Shown here: positions 12,111 to 23,468 of the stretch, piece after piece | How the letters are laid out: every line of letters begins with the position of its first letter | How positions within the stretch are numbered: the first letter of the stretch is position 1 | Assembly: GCF_964355755.1 (NCBI RefSeq) | Contig: NC_092676.1 | Location: 23,764,871-23,828,870 of the forward strand | Source: Antedon mediterranea | Lineage: Eukaryota > Animalia > Echinodermata | Direction: 5' to 3' | Length of the DNA stretch: 64,000 nt | Notes under the pieces: generated by a model | The model's input: the letters and a program-made list of their open reading frames with translations, nothing else | Told to the model about the DNA's origin: nothing | Databases searched by the model: none | Program-made: the position numbers and the translations under genes

Positions 12111-12910
12111 ACTGACTTGTCTTCTATAATTATCCGTTTTTATTTACATCTGAAGAAAAATAATTGTAATACTGTGATTAAATGTTACTTGACTGTTGGT
12201 TTAATCTACACTGTTAACGTTGTAACATCTGACATCAGCTCAGTATTTTAATCATCATAACTTCCTGGACTTATAAAGTTTCACTTTATTCACAATTATT
12301 TATTTACATTCCTAAAGTAGAGTTTGTTTTACATATATGGTCTCCTAAAACTTAGACAAGACCAGTCTTTCCTACGCACACTGTACTAACTGATAGAAGT
12401 TGACAGTAAAACAAATTAAACTAAACAATCATTTCTAAATTACCGTGTACAGTCTGGTGTGACAAAACTATAACTATTTGTATTGTTATACTTACTTGAT
12501 GTAGAACACGCAGGCCTACTGCAATTTTCCATCTAATGATTTAATTGCAAAATGACCATTGCTTATTATTTAACTCTTACAACAGGATTTCAACAACTAT
12601 TTTAGTATCGCTTTCTATACGCAGAACGAGGAAACTGGAAACTACTTCCTTAAAGCTATTCTTAATAGGCCTATCAACCATTCCAGTTTCTCTTTAAATG
12701 TAAATAACTGTATGTCTTTGTAATTATTGGGTTTATTCATCGGAACTAGGCCTGGCCTACTGAACCTAACCATCTTCAAGAATTTTAGCGTGTCTCCCAT
12801 TGTTTCAACATTATTAACATTTTCGTTTTGATGATAAAATAAGAATAAAATTGCAAAACTTACGTTTTTACATGAGCTTTCGCTGGATGGTTAATCGACG
12901 ACACATCTAA

Positions 12911-13079
12911 AGGGTCTTTCACACCTGTTCCGTTACGGTTCCGCACGGCGAATCGAACGCCAATGTTTCGTTTTCACGACGCTATGCGCCAATCGATATG
13001 CGCGTAGCGGCGTAAAAACGAAACGTTGACGTTCGATTTGATTTTCCGGAACCGTATAGGAACAGATGTGAAAGACACT
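12911..13079. mobile_element. Harbinger-like MITE
   Basis: TIRs AGGGTCTTTCACACCTGTTCC..ACGGTTCCG / CGGAACCGT..GGAACAGATGTGAAAGACACT, flanked by TAA/TTA. Confidence 0.7.
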
Positions 13080-13500
13080 TTAACCAAACGTGGAAGGAGG
13101 AGGCCCCCTCGGCAATCCCTTTTGGATGTTCTAATACAGATGCCGCTATACCAACTACAAGGTTTCATGATAACGTTTTTCAAGTTACATTGACTCACTC
13201 ATGATTAATACTATATACAGAGGTCAACATGAATCTTTTCACTAATGTTTCAACACTGTTTTATTCTCTTTGCTATATAGGCCTAGTGGCTTTTTAAATT
13301 GTATATTGCCAGCAATTTCTCACTGTAAGCCAAGTAAAGAGTGTACTTAGAACCTAAAAAGTAGCTCGTTATTAGCTTAACTATTATCAATATTAGTGTT
13401 ATACATTAATTGTTATACTATTGATATTAATACAATGTATATGAAGCTTTCGATGTTGCAACTGTATTACCGCAACGACGACATTCTGTTGTGTTTTGAA

Positions 13501-13614
13501 ACCGAACTCGGCAAAGACCGAACTCGGCAAAGACCGAACTCGGCAAAGACCGAACTCGACAAAGACCGAACTCGAGAAAGACCGAACTCGGCAAAGACCG
13601 AACTCGACAAAGAC
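13501..13614. repeat. 16-bp tandem repeat (ACCGAACTCGGCAAAG), about 7 copies
   Basis: Direct inspection. Confidence 0.95.
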
Positions 13615-13789
13615 TGTCACAGAAATCAACGTAATCAGATTTCTTTTACGTTATATTTGTGTCATCGTTATACGCCAAAAGTTCACTGCCTAAACCTATT
13701 AATGATAGGTTCATGCATAAACTACTAATTGTACCGATACTTTTATACAAATCACTATATTCATCAGAGTTCAATATTACTTACCAAAA

Positions 13790-13905
13790 GCTCCGTATAC
13801 ACACTATCAAACTAGTTTGATAACAAAACAGTTTGATGTGCCCAATGGTAGTGATAGGACATCATCGTGTCCATATGGGTACATCACATTTTTGTAGACA
13901 AGGCT
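13790..13905. mobile_element. Degenerate copy of the AGCTCTGTCTACACTATCAAA MITE family
   Basis: The AGCTCCGTATACACTATCAAACTAGTTTGA..GATGTGCCCAA..GGTAGTGATA core is shared with copies at about 15933, 21126, 46185, 56816, 58536 and 59646. Confidence 0.65.
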
Positions 13906-14274
13906 CAGATTGAAAACTGACCTATGTTCGTTTTCTACTGACTACATTTTTTATTTCTCTATTAAATCTGAAATGCTCCAAACTATCTTTAAAAAGTTAG
14001 CATTAATATATATCTATTGTGTTGCTATTTTACTAATTTCAGCTAAAAATACCGCAAATTACTGTAAATTAACGAAAAAAGGACCTCTGGATTCACAGAA
14101 ATGACACTTTTTGTGTTAAATTATTTCAGCCTTATCAATATTATTTTAAAAACCATTTTCTACATAAATTGCACATGCTAATTGCCTTTTGCATAATGTA
14201 CAAAACATTTGTGATTTTTTTCCCCATCAAACTTCCGTTACTGTGGTCTGATCTATAGTTTACCCATTAAATAA

Positions 14275-15198
14275 TTAGATACTCTGTTCCTGGGTGGTCG
14301 AACGATCCACTCGACGGCCCAGTACCACCCGATCCCGACAACAGAACGTCTTACAGAACCCTTGCTTGTAATCGGCGAGTTTATATGCGTAAACGAACGG
14401 ACTAGCTACCATATTGCATAACAATAAAACGCTAAAATTTAGGTAATAGCTTAGGTCATCAGTGGCAACTGCTGCCACCATAAATATTAATATTGATAGA
14501 AGATTAAATACTACATAAATCAGTGTGTTTATAAACATTACAGTTGTGAAGTTTCGTTCAGCTTCGTTTCTCAGTTGCTTTGCATCTGTCGGCGATTCAG
14601 CACCTGTTGTCGTTAACTCTGTTCGTGTTTTCGACTGTTCACGTAGGGCAACATAAATTCGTCGATAACAGAATAACATTATAAAAATAGGCAGTACTCC
14701 ACCTAATATTGACAGTAAAACAGTTGAACCTATCAAAATGCGTCTGTTTTTAACAAAACATTCTCCCATCTCATTTACATCTACAAAAATCGGAACATGA
14801 AAAACTGTCAAAAGAGAAAAAACAAATGGGATGCACAGTCGTGGTAGCAATCTCTTCTTCTCAGTACCCCTCGCCCAGTATTTAAGCGGATGGACCACTG
14901 CAATGTACCTCTCAATAGATATCAGGGCGAGATTATATGCTGATGCAAATAAAATGAAGTAAAATACTGTGACCCCTGTTTTGCAAGCGATGCTACTTTT
15001 GTTTCCATTTACACACGAAAACACGGCGTAACAAAAGCACCCTAGCATATCTGTAACAGCTTGCTGCAACACTAGAGTATAGGCGAAGGATCTTGTATGT
15101 ATCTTGCAGTTGATAAAAACAATAATCACCGTCAGGTTAGCAAGAACTCCAATGATGGCCAACATTGTTGCGGCCACAAACAGTATCACAACAATCAT
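14275..15198 (-). CDS. Class A orphan GPCR 2, single coding exon, 307 aa
   Basis: Paralogue of GPCR 1 with ISIERYIAVVHPL, SPFVY and 7 TM segments. An acceptor-like tttttatag lies immediately before the ATG. Confidence 0.9.
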   Translation of the reverse strand: MIVVILFVAATMLAIIGVLANLTVIIVFINCKIHTRSFAYTLVLQQAVTDMLGCFCYAVFSCVNGNKSSIACKTGVTVFYFILFASAYNLALISIERYIAVVHPLKYWARGTEKKRLLPRLCIPFVFSLLTVFHVPIFVDVNEMGECFVKNRRILIGSTVLLSILGGVLPIFIMLFCYRRIYVALREQSKTRTELTTTGAESPTDAKQLRNEAERNFTTVMFINTLIYVVFNLLSILIFMVAAVATDDLSYYLNFSVLLLCNMVASPFVYAYKLADYKQGFCKTFCCRDRVVLGRRVDRSTTQEQSI

Positions 15199-15614
15199 CT
15201 ATAAAATATTTAAACAAACACTATTGTAATTATTTACATTATAATAATATTACACCAAGGTGAAACCTGTCCAGCTCTATTTCAAGTAGTTACTTAGTTA
15301 TTTAATTGTAAATAATATAACTAAATAAAATAAAACATTAATTTATATAATAAAATAATTTTCTTTAATACTTGCCTTTAACAGCGTTACCCACAGACTC
15401 TATAGATGGCTGAACTTAAGACAAATGAAAGTTATACCTTAAGAGGTAATAATAATAGGACTGAAACTGAAAACTAATTTTTAGTTTCCTTAAAAAAAGA
15501 CAATACGATACTCTTTTTAATGAGAAATACTGACGGCCCACGCAATTAATAGTTTTTTTGTGTTTGGCGTATCTGATCGCGGCACTCACTATTATCGTTA
15601 TCGTTATCATTATT

Positions 15615-15770
15615 GACTAAACTGGTACGGCCATCTAAACTAACTCGCAGATAATACACCTGCAAAACTAGCTCCAGAGGAAGATAACAAGAAATTGAAA
15701 AGACCTTTGGAAGACCGAAGAAAATATGGACATAAATAATAGAGGATGACTTAAAAACAATACTAAATTA
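15615..15770 (+). mobile_element. RTE-clade LINE 3' coding relic (paralogous copy at about 20900-21060)
   Basis: Translates to RLNWYGHL..DNTPAKLA..KRP..RPKKIW..DDLK with frameshifts, matching the RLxWxGH motif of the RTE ORF C-terminus. Confidence 0.6.
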
Positions 15771-16044
15771 CACTGTCCCACTTGAGACACACCCTACCCT
15801 AACTGCATCTGATTCACACATTTTAAAATAATTACACAAAATGAATGAACAAGATTAAAATCTCTTTTTTTTAAATTAAACGAGTGCGTTTGCATTATTC
15901 TGATAACCTAAAAAGTACTGAAAAGAGTGGAAAGCTCTGTCTTCACTATCAAACTAGTTTGACAAAAAAAAAGTGTGATGTGCCCAAATAGGTGGTGATA
16001 TGCCTAAATATTATTAAATAGATTTATCTGGTTCCAAATATATT

Positions 16045-16212
16045 AAAGTGGAAAATTATTACTTTTTTGTTGAACAAAAAAAAGAAGCAAAAATGGTATA
16101 ATTACCTTCCAAACAGTAGTTTGAAGAAGTCGACAGTATGTCACTAAGGTATTTATATCAATTGTGCCTTATTTGTTTTTAATTCAACAAAAAAGTAATA
16201 ATTTTCCACTTT
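16045..16212. mobile_element. MITE nested in a CTACACTATCAAA-family MITE
   Basis: TIRs AAGTGGAAAATTATTACTTTTTTGTTGAA / TTCAACAAAAAAGTAATAATTTTCCACTT. It is absent from the paralogous MITE at 21126-21280. Confidence 0.7.
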
Positions 16213-16512
16213 ATGCCTAAATATGAGCTTAAGAAGAATATTATAAACGTCCATTTCAAAAACGTTTCCAGCCTAAACATCTACAAGTAATACATTCTAT
16301 ATACTATATACAATAAACAAACCTACTGTAAGTCGAAGTTCAACAATCAGCATGTCTAGAACTGGCTTAAATAAAACATTAGGCCTAAACATTTTAGAAT
16401 ATAGATTTAAGATTATTATTTTTTATGCTAAATAAAATCAACTTTTTATTCATCAATAACTCTGAAATTATTTACTTTTACACTTTTCTCCGATACAGTG
16501 GCAAAGTAGTCT

Positions 16513-17463
16513 TTATTGCATAGGTATAGTTTGATTTACGTGTTCCATCCGATGATTTCGACAACGGAAAGTCTTACGGAATCCTTTCTTGTAATCGGTG
16601 AATGTATATGCGTAAACGAACGGATTAGCTACCATATTACATAAAATCAAAGCATTACAAATCATAGCAATGATGATTAAATGCAAGTTAGGCTTATACC
16701 ATTGAAAAATAAGTATCCAAAGATTGACTAACATCGATGGGGAAAAAAGTATTATGTAAATTAAAGTGTTTATAAACATTGTACTTGTAAAGTTTCGTTC
16801 AGCTTTGTTTCTTAGTTGCTTTGAATCTGCAGCTGGCGATGTACTACCTGGTTGCTGTATCCTCTGTGGCGTCATTAACTCGGCTCGTGTTCTTGACTTT
16901 TGACGTAGTGTAACATAAACCTGACGATAACAGTGCAACATTATAACAATGGGTAGTAGTATAGCTGATATAGATATTAAAACATTTGAACTTATTAACA
17001 TTATTTTGTTTTTGAACAGACAATATCCAAATTCATTTACATCCAGAACAAGCGGAAGATAAAAGCATGTCAGAAGAGAGGAAACGAATGGAATGCATAG
17101 TCGTGGTAGCAATCTTATCTTCTGAGTGCCCCTTGCCCAGTATTTAAGTGGATGGACCACTGCAATGTACCTCTCAATAGATATTAGTACGAGATTATGT
17201 GACGATGCGAATATGATAAAATAGAAGATTACAGAAGATCTGCAAGCGATGGTGTTTCCATTTACAAATGAAAACACAACATTACAACAGCACCCTAGCA
17301 TATCTATAACAGCTTGCTGCAACACTAGAGTATAGGCGAAGGATCTTGTATGTATCTTGCAGTTGATGAAAACTATAATCACCGTCAGGTTAGCAAGAAC
17401 TCCAATGATGGCCAAAGGTGTCATAATAAACTTTGCAACTAGGATTATTGCCTCAATAGTCAT
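16513..17463 (-). CDS. Class A orphan GPCR 3, 316 aa
   Basis: ISIERYIAVVHPL, NPFVY and 7 TM segments; paralogue of GPCR 1 and 2. Confidence 0.9.
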   Translation of the reverse strand: MTIEAIILVAKFIMTPLAIIGVLANLTVIIVFINCKIHTRSFAYTLVLQQAVIDMLGCCCNVVFSFVNGNTIACRSSVIFYFIIFASSHNLVLISIERYIAVVHPLKYWARGTQKIRLLPRLCIPFVSSLLTCFYLPLVLDVNEFGYCLFKNKIMLISSNVLISISAILLPIVIMLHCYRQVYVTLRQKSRTRAELMTPQRIQQPGSTSPAADSKQLRNKAERNFTSTMFINTLIYIILFSPSMLVNLWILIFQWYKPNLHLIIIAMICNALILCNMVANPFVYAYTFTDYKKGFRKTFRCRNHRMEHVNQTIPMQ

Positions 17464-18251
17464 ATCTGTAAAAGACGGAGAATGTTTTCCTGGTTATAAT
17501 TCTAGAACAACAAAGTACACTAACGTTGATCCATATAAAACAGTTCAATTCACTAATTTTTCTACGGAACATGAATATTAAACAATTTACAATAGACCAC
17601 CTGTTTGTCTATTATTTATCAAAGATACAGTTTTTATGCAAAAGACGATTATATAGAAATGATGACAACATATATGGCGATAAAGGGCCGTGTTATTGGG
17701 GTTGCTTTTCGACTGAAACGAACCATACGCCATTAATGCAATTTTTTTATGAGAAAATAAGGGTAGAAGAAAATTGTGTTGCGATTTATTTATTTGTTAA
17801 ATATCAGACAGCTAAATAACCTTCAATTCTAGTTTTTAAAGTCACTTAATCCTAGAATATTTCAATTAATCTTACCTTCTCTCTAGTACTCCCAGACTCG
17901 TTAAACCTCGTTTATCCTGACGTTTGCAAAAAGTAAAATGAAAAAAATTTGTTTTCATCTTTTATGTTAATAACTGAAACTGCATACTCAAATATATACT
18001 TTTAGAATTAGTAGATCTAGTTTCAAAACGATGTAACAAAGACAAAAGTATCAGGAAGAGCATGGAGGTACCTCCATGGGAAGAGTTACTTTCTTGTGAC
18101 AACTACATGGCGCCGCCGGCCAACACGCAATGTGTAGTTTGTAATAGTAGGCCTATCTGGCGTACCTGACTCCCGCAGTCATAGTAGTGTGGAACGTTTC
18201 TCAGTATAAACACGTTTGATCTATTCTATCGAACTTCAATTATTATATTGA

Positions 18252-18680
18252 AAAAACAAGGCCATATACATGGCTGCATTCGCGTGCTCAAGTTAGTGTT
18301 TACCGACCAACCAACCGACCGACCGACCGACCAACCGACCAAAATTGCTGAACATGTTTAAAAATGTTGAAAATGTTAAAAAACATTTATATTTTTTAAA
18401 TTTACACGTGCGTAGCCTGTCACTTTGACGTGCTCGTATAACGTAATTTCGAGTTGGAAAGTGAATCAAATATGATAACATTATTAAAGAAAGGTTGTAC
18501 AACAGAAATCGGGCAAAAATAGTGCGTATTAACGTTTAACGTTCAGTGCGCGTGCAAAAATCTGCGCACTCATTGCAATTTTTAAACGCTATCAAGACAA
18601 GGCCATATACAAGTTAGTGTTTACCGACCGACCGACCAACCGACCGACATAGTGAGCTCTAGAGTCGCGTTGCACGATTT
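18252..18680 (-). mobile_element. Helentron/DINE-1-like non-autonomous element (partial, rearranged)
   Basis: Reverse complement of segments of 53401-54210 (AAATTTACACGTGCGTAGCCTGTCAC..ACGTGCTCGTATAACGTAATTTCGAGTTG, (ACCG)n microsatellite, AACAAGGCCA end). Confidence 0.7.
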
Positions 18681-19224
18681 CAAGAAAATGGCTTACTATG
18701 TCAAAATGTTGACTTCAGCAATTCAAATGGAAAATTAAATGATAGCAAAAAGAATAGGCTTTCATAGAAAAGATAAATATGTAAAAAGACCTTTTTTAGT
18801 TACTAAAGAAACATTTATTTCAATCAAATTTTGTAATTATGGTATTACGATTTATCAATAATTAAAGATAATGTGCTGCAAAAAAATTTGCAAATTTAGT
18901 ACATTTTATTGCATTTTGAACAGATAATCATTATAAGTCGAGAGTAGCAAAAGAACTGATAAGTATATTTAAGTAATGACAGAGGCTAAAAATATTATTA
19001 GTTAGGCTATTATTAGTTTTATTTCATATTTAACAGCTAGATAGGAAGCTTTCGACTTCGATCCACGAGACGGACAGATGCCGTATCCGATCGTCGTTCC
19101 TGTTTCAAAACCAAACGTCACGGATACCAAGATATTGACATTCAATTTCTTTCTTCAAAAATAACATTTAAAATATTTTTGTAAAGTACACACTATTTGA
19201 TATATATATTTCGTTTAATCTTCA

Positions 19225-20145
19225 TCAAACTTCCATTACTGTGGTCTGATCTCGACAACAGAACGTCTTACAGAATCCTTTCTTGTAATCGGTGAACTTG
19301 TATGCGTAAACGAATGGATTAGCTACCATATTGCATAACAATAAAACGCTAAAAATTACGTAATAGCGTAAATCGTCAGAACGACCTGCTGCAGCTATAT
19401 GTATTAACATTGATAGAAAATCAAATATTACATAAATCACAGTGTTTATCAACATTGTAGTTGTGAAGTTTCGTTCAGCTTCGTTTCTGAGTTGCTTTGC
19501 ATCTGTCGGCGATTCAACACCTGATTGCGTTATGCTTCCTTTCGTCGTTAACTCTGTTCGTGTTCTCGACTGTTCACATAGTGTAACATAAACTCGTCGA
19601 TAACAGAATAACATGATCAAAATAGGTAGTACTCCACCTAATATTGACATTAAAACACTCGAAGATATCAAAATGCGTCTGTTTTCAACAAAACATTCTC
19701 CCATCTCATTTACATCTACAAAAATCGGAACATAACAAACTGTCAGAAGAGAAGAAACAAATGGGATACACAGTCGTGGCAGCAATCTCTTCTTCTGAGT
19801 ACCTCTTGCCCAGTATTTAAGTGGATGGACCACTGCAATGTACCTCTCAATAGATATTAAGACGAGATTATATGCGGATGCAAATAAAATGAAGTAAAAT
19901 ATTGTGACACCTGTTTTGCAAGCGATGCTACTTTTGTTTCCATTTACACACGAAAACACAGCGTAACAGCAGCACCCTAGCATATCTATAACAGCTTGCT
20001 GCAGTACTAGAGTATAGGCGAAGGATCTTGTATGTATCTTGCAGTTGATAAAAACAATAATCACCGTCAGGTTAGCAAGAACTCCAATGATGGCCAAAGG
20101 TGTCATAGTACACTTTGCAACTAGGATTATTGCATCAATAGTCAT
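19225..20145 (-). CDS. Class A orphan GPCR 4, 306 aa
   Basis: ISIERYIAVVHPL, NPFVY and 7 TM segments. The body is closest to GPCR 2 and the N-terminus closest to GPCR 3. Confidence 0.9.
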   Translation of the reverse strand: MTIDAIILVAKCTMTPLAIIGVLANLTVIIVFINCKIHTRSFAYTLVLQQAVIDMLGCCCYAVFSCVNGNKSSIACKTGVTIFYFILFASAYNLVLISIERYIAVVHPLKYWARGTQKKRLLPRLCIPFVSSLLTVCYVPIFVDVNEMGECFVENRRILISSSVLMSILGGVLPILIMLFCYRRVYVTLCEQSRTRTELTTKGSITQSGVESPTDAKQLRNEAERNFTTTMLINTVIYVIFDFLSMLIHIAAAGRSDDLRYYVIFSVLLLCNMVANPFVYAYKFTDYKKGFCKTFCCRDQTTVMEV

Positions 20146-20899
20146 ATCTGTAAAAGACGAAGAATGTTTTCCTGGTTATAATTCTAGAACAACAAAGTAC
20201 ACTAACGTTGATCCATAGAAAACAGTTCAATTTACTAATTTTTCTACGGTACATGAATATTAAACAATTTACAATAGACCACCTGTTTGTCTATTATTTA
20301 TCAAAGATACAGTTTTTATGCAAAAGACGATTATATAGAAATGATGACAACATATATGGCGATAAAGGGCCGTGCTATTGGGGTTGCTTTTCGACTGAAA
20401 CGAACCATACGCCATTAATGCAATTTTGTTATAAGAAAATAAGGGTAGATAAAATATTTGAACAAACACCATTGTATTCATGTTCATTTGTTTAGAATAA
20501 TATTACACCAATGTGAAATCTATCCAGCTATATTTCAAGTAGTTACTTAATTATTTAATTGTATAATTGTATACATAATATAACTAAACATAAATTTATA
20601 TAATAAAATAATTTTCTTTGATACTTGCCTTTAACATTTTTACCCACAGAATATATAGATGGCTTAGAAGTCTGGACTTAAGACAAATGAAAGATATAAC
20701 TCATTAGATAATATTAATAGGCCTGAAACTGAAAAAAAGACAATACGATACTTTTTTTATGAGAAATACTGGCGGCGCACGCAATTAATAGTTTTTTTTA
20801 TATAACAGTGTGTTTGGTGTATCTGATTGCGGCACTCAATATGGAACAATACTCAGAATATCATTATCGTTATCATTATCAATATCATTAAGATATAAT

Positions 20900-21060
20900 G
20901 GAGAAGACTAAACTGGTACGGTCATCTAATGCGACTCCTAGATAACACACCTGCAAAACTAGCTCTAGAGGAAGGATATCAAGAAATTGAAAAGATCTTT
21001 TGAAAGACCGAAGAAAATATGGACACAAATAATACAGGATGACTTAAAAACAATATTAAA
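20900..21060 (+). mobile_element. RTE-clade LINE 3' coding relic
   Basis: Translates to RRLNWYGHLMRLLDNTPAKLALEE; paralogous to 15615-15770. Confidence 0.6.
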
Positions 21061-21125
21061 TTGTGTTTATTAAACGAGTGCTTTTGCATTATTCTGATAA
21101 CCTCAAACGTACTGAAGTGTGTAAA

Positions 21126-21280
21126 GCTAGTCTGTCTACTATCAAACTAGTTTGACAAAAACGGTGTGATGTGCCAAAATAGGCGGAGATATGCCTAAAC
21201 ATGGTAATGATATGACATCATCATGTCCATACATGGGCACATACCATTTTTCACATAAAGTTTGATAGTGTAGACAGAGT
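21126..21280. mobile_element. Harbinger-like MITE (AGCT..CTGTCTAC..TATCAAA family)
   Basis: Ends AGCTAGTCTGTCTACTATCAAAC and GTTTGATAGTGTAGACAGAGT. Confidence 0.7.
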
Positions 21281-21606
21281 TTAGAGAAGAATATTATTTT
21301 AAAAAATGACTTTCGTGATAAAAATACGGTATATTACATGCTAAAGACTGTTTTTTCAACCATAGAGATATAGTGAATCTCTATGATTCAACTTTTTAAA
21401 GTTCATATCAATAATATTCGTTTGTAACAACTGATTTAACCAATTCATTAGATAATCATTTTTTCAATCAAATAGTACGGTGCACAATCAATAATCGAAA
21501 GTATAATGTTTCAAACAATCAAAACTATTACGCGTTTATCTATCATTACGACAACGGTATGGTTAGTAATTATTGGTACTAGTTTCTATATGACAATGTA
21601 CAATAA

Positions 21607-21695
21607 CAGTTATCCGTCAGTTATCGGTCAGTTATCGGTCAGTTATCGGTCAGTTATCGGTCAGTTATCGGTCAGTTATCGGTCAGTTATCAGTC
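21607..21695. repeat. 11-bp tandem repeat (CAGTTATCGGT), about 8 copies
   Basis: Direct inspection. Confidence 0.95.
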
Positions 21696-22439
21696 ATCTA
21701 TTTATACATTATAATCATTTAGCTAGATAACTCAAAATATTAATGGTGGCGATAATAATACAAATGATTAACATTAATTTTCACAAATTATTAGTTTTAA
21801 AGAAATGTTTTTGAAGGAGTACATTTGTTTGCGAAATATACAGATAATAGATTGTACATGTCTTTCACTGCTCGGGTATTCTAAAATTATTCTGTTTCTG
21901 CTCTTGCGGTTTTTTTTTCTTCTTCAGTTACTACCGGGTTTAGCAGATATGTACTTTGTGTGAGAGTTACAAGACGGAAAGTTAAAAGATCATTGTATCA
22001 CTGTATTATGCTCGAAACTGAGCTTAGCCAAAGATCGGCATGAAAATCAACATGTCATACATATATATGTCATACATGTATACGTACAAGGTTATGGTTG
22101 TATGCAATCACTCTAAAGAAAAAGAAGATATAAAACATAAGATATGTTATACATCGTGATCAATTTTGACAGTACATAACGGAAATCGAATACAGTGTCA
22201 GATTTATACAAGAGAGGTCAGTTTTTGGACACTTCATTGGCTTTTTAGGTGATTCTTATCTATCCCGGGTGACTAGGCCTTTCGCTAGGCCCGGTATATT
22301 AGGTATTTTACCTTTTCAACAAAGGGGAACGATACGCTACCCGATCACCTTTCGGATTTCTATTGTTCTATCCTCTCTCTTTTGTTCTTACAAATCGATT
22401 GGTTACGTAAGACCTGCTGAAACTGTAAACAAATCTGCT

Positions 22440-23468
22440 ATGCCTAGTACCGGGAAAATAAAGAAGCCTGACCAACCAGATAAAATCTGCACCTCAGGCT
22501 GCCCACTAAAAGGGAAACCGCAAGGCGACTCTATAAGGTGTTGTATATGTGGACACTGGTTTCATACAAAATGTTTAAAATTAAGCGATGATGAAGTAAC
22601 AGGAGTATGGCCTTGTTATAACTGTAGATCTATGCCAACTGAAGTCACACGAATTTTGGAGATCGTTGAATCTATGGCTAAAGTAAATGAAAACCAAGTG
22701 CAAAAAATAATTGAGTTAGAAAAAAAGATTGACCACTTAACCCAAATAGTGAAAGACTTAAAACATGAAAATACTGAAAATGATCTGAATGCTGAAGAAC
22801 AGAAACAAAATGTCGGTAAACTATTAATTGGCGATTCTCTTATTAAGAATATCGTCACTACAAGTGATTTTATGGAAGTTAAATCCATAAGTGGAGCTGA
22901 TCTACAAAAAATAAAAGAGTGCCTAACAACCAAAGAAGCAGTCGAAGAAATAAATATAGTGTGTGGAACGAACGACATAGCATCGGACAAGTCCATCGAT
23001 GAAATAACTGAGCTCCTTACCGATGTCATAAAAGTTGCCAAGGAAAAGGCAAATAAAGTGAAGATAGCCAGTATACCACCACGTTTGGACAGAAATCATG
23101 ACCCTATGAAGCTTGAAACAGTTAATAACATAATGAAGACGGTAACGGAAGATAGTAACGTAATCTTCGTTAATAATGACGACAATTTCAAATATAGAGA
23201 CAACACTTTTGAGAGCACTCTTTTATCTTCGGATGGACTTCACTTGTCTGAAACTGGAGTAAAACGACTCTTGAGCAATCTCCAACTTGAGAACTGGACA
23301 GAATGCGATACATTCTTTCGTAGGCAAAATGGAATCGGAAGAGGAAACGAAAGAGGAAACGGAAGAGGATACAGACAAGGATACAGACAAGGAAACAATA
23401 GAAGATGCTACAATTGCGGCCAATCCGGACACATATCGAAGTTCTGTAGAAACAATTATTGGGCTTAA
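22440..23468 (+). CDS. LINE ORF1: PHD finger, coiled coil, SGNH/GDSL esterase-like domain, RG-rich stretch and CCHC zinc knuckle
   Basis: CxxCxxWFHxxC..WPCYNC (PHD); LLIGDSL, CGTND and DGLHL (SGNH blocks); CYNCGQSGHISKFC (CX2CX4HX4C). Confidence 0.85.
   Translation: MPSTGKIKKPDQPDKICTSGCPLKGKPQGDSIRCCICGHWFHTKCLKLSDDEVTGVWPCYNCRSMPTEVTRILEIVESMAKVNENQVQKIIELEKKIDHLTQIVKDLKHENTENDLNAEEQKQNVGKLLIGDSLIKNIVTTSDFMEVKSISGADLQKIKECLTTKEAVEEINIVCGTNDIASDKSIDEITELLTDVIKVAKEKANKVKIASIPPRLDRNHDPMKLETVNNIMKTVTEDSNVIFVNNDDNFKYRDNTFESTLLSSDGLHLSETGVKRLLSNLQLENWTECDTFFRRQNGIGRGNERGNGRGYRQGYRQGNNRRCYNCGQSGHISKFCRNNYWA

Noticed and set aside
13396-13728. ORFs with KTELDKDRTRQRPNSA repeats
   Set aside because: Translation of a 16-bp tandem repeat, with no splice or homology support.
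22616-23432. Minus-strand ORFs over LINE ORF1, and plus-strand ORFs over the GPCRs
   Set aside because: Antisense shadows of real coding frames.
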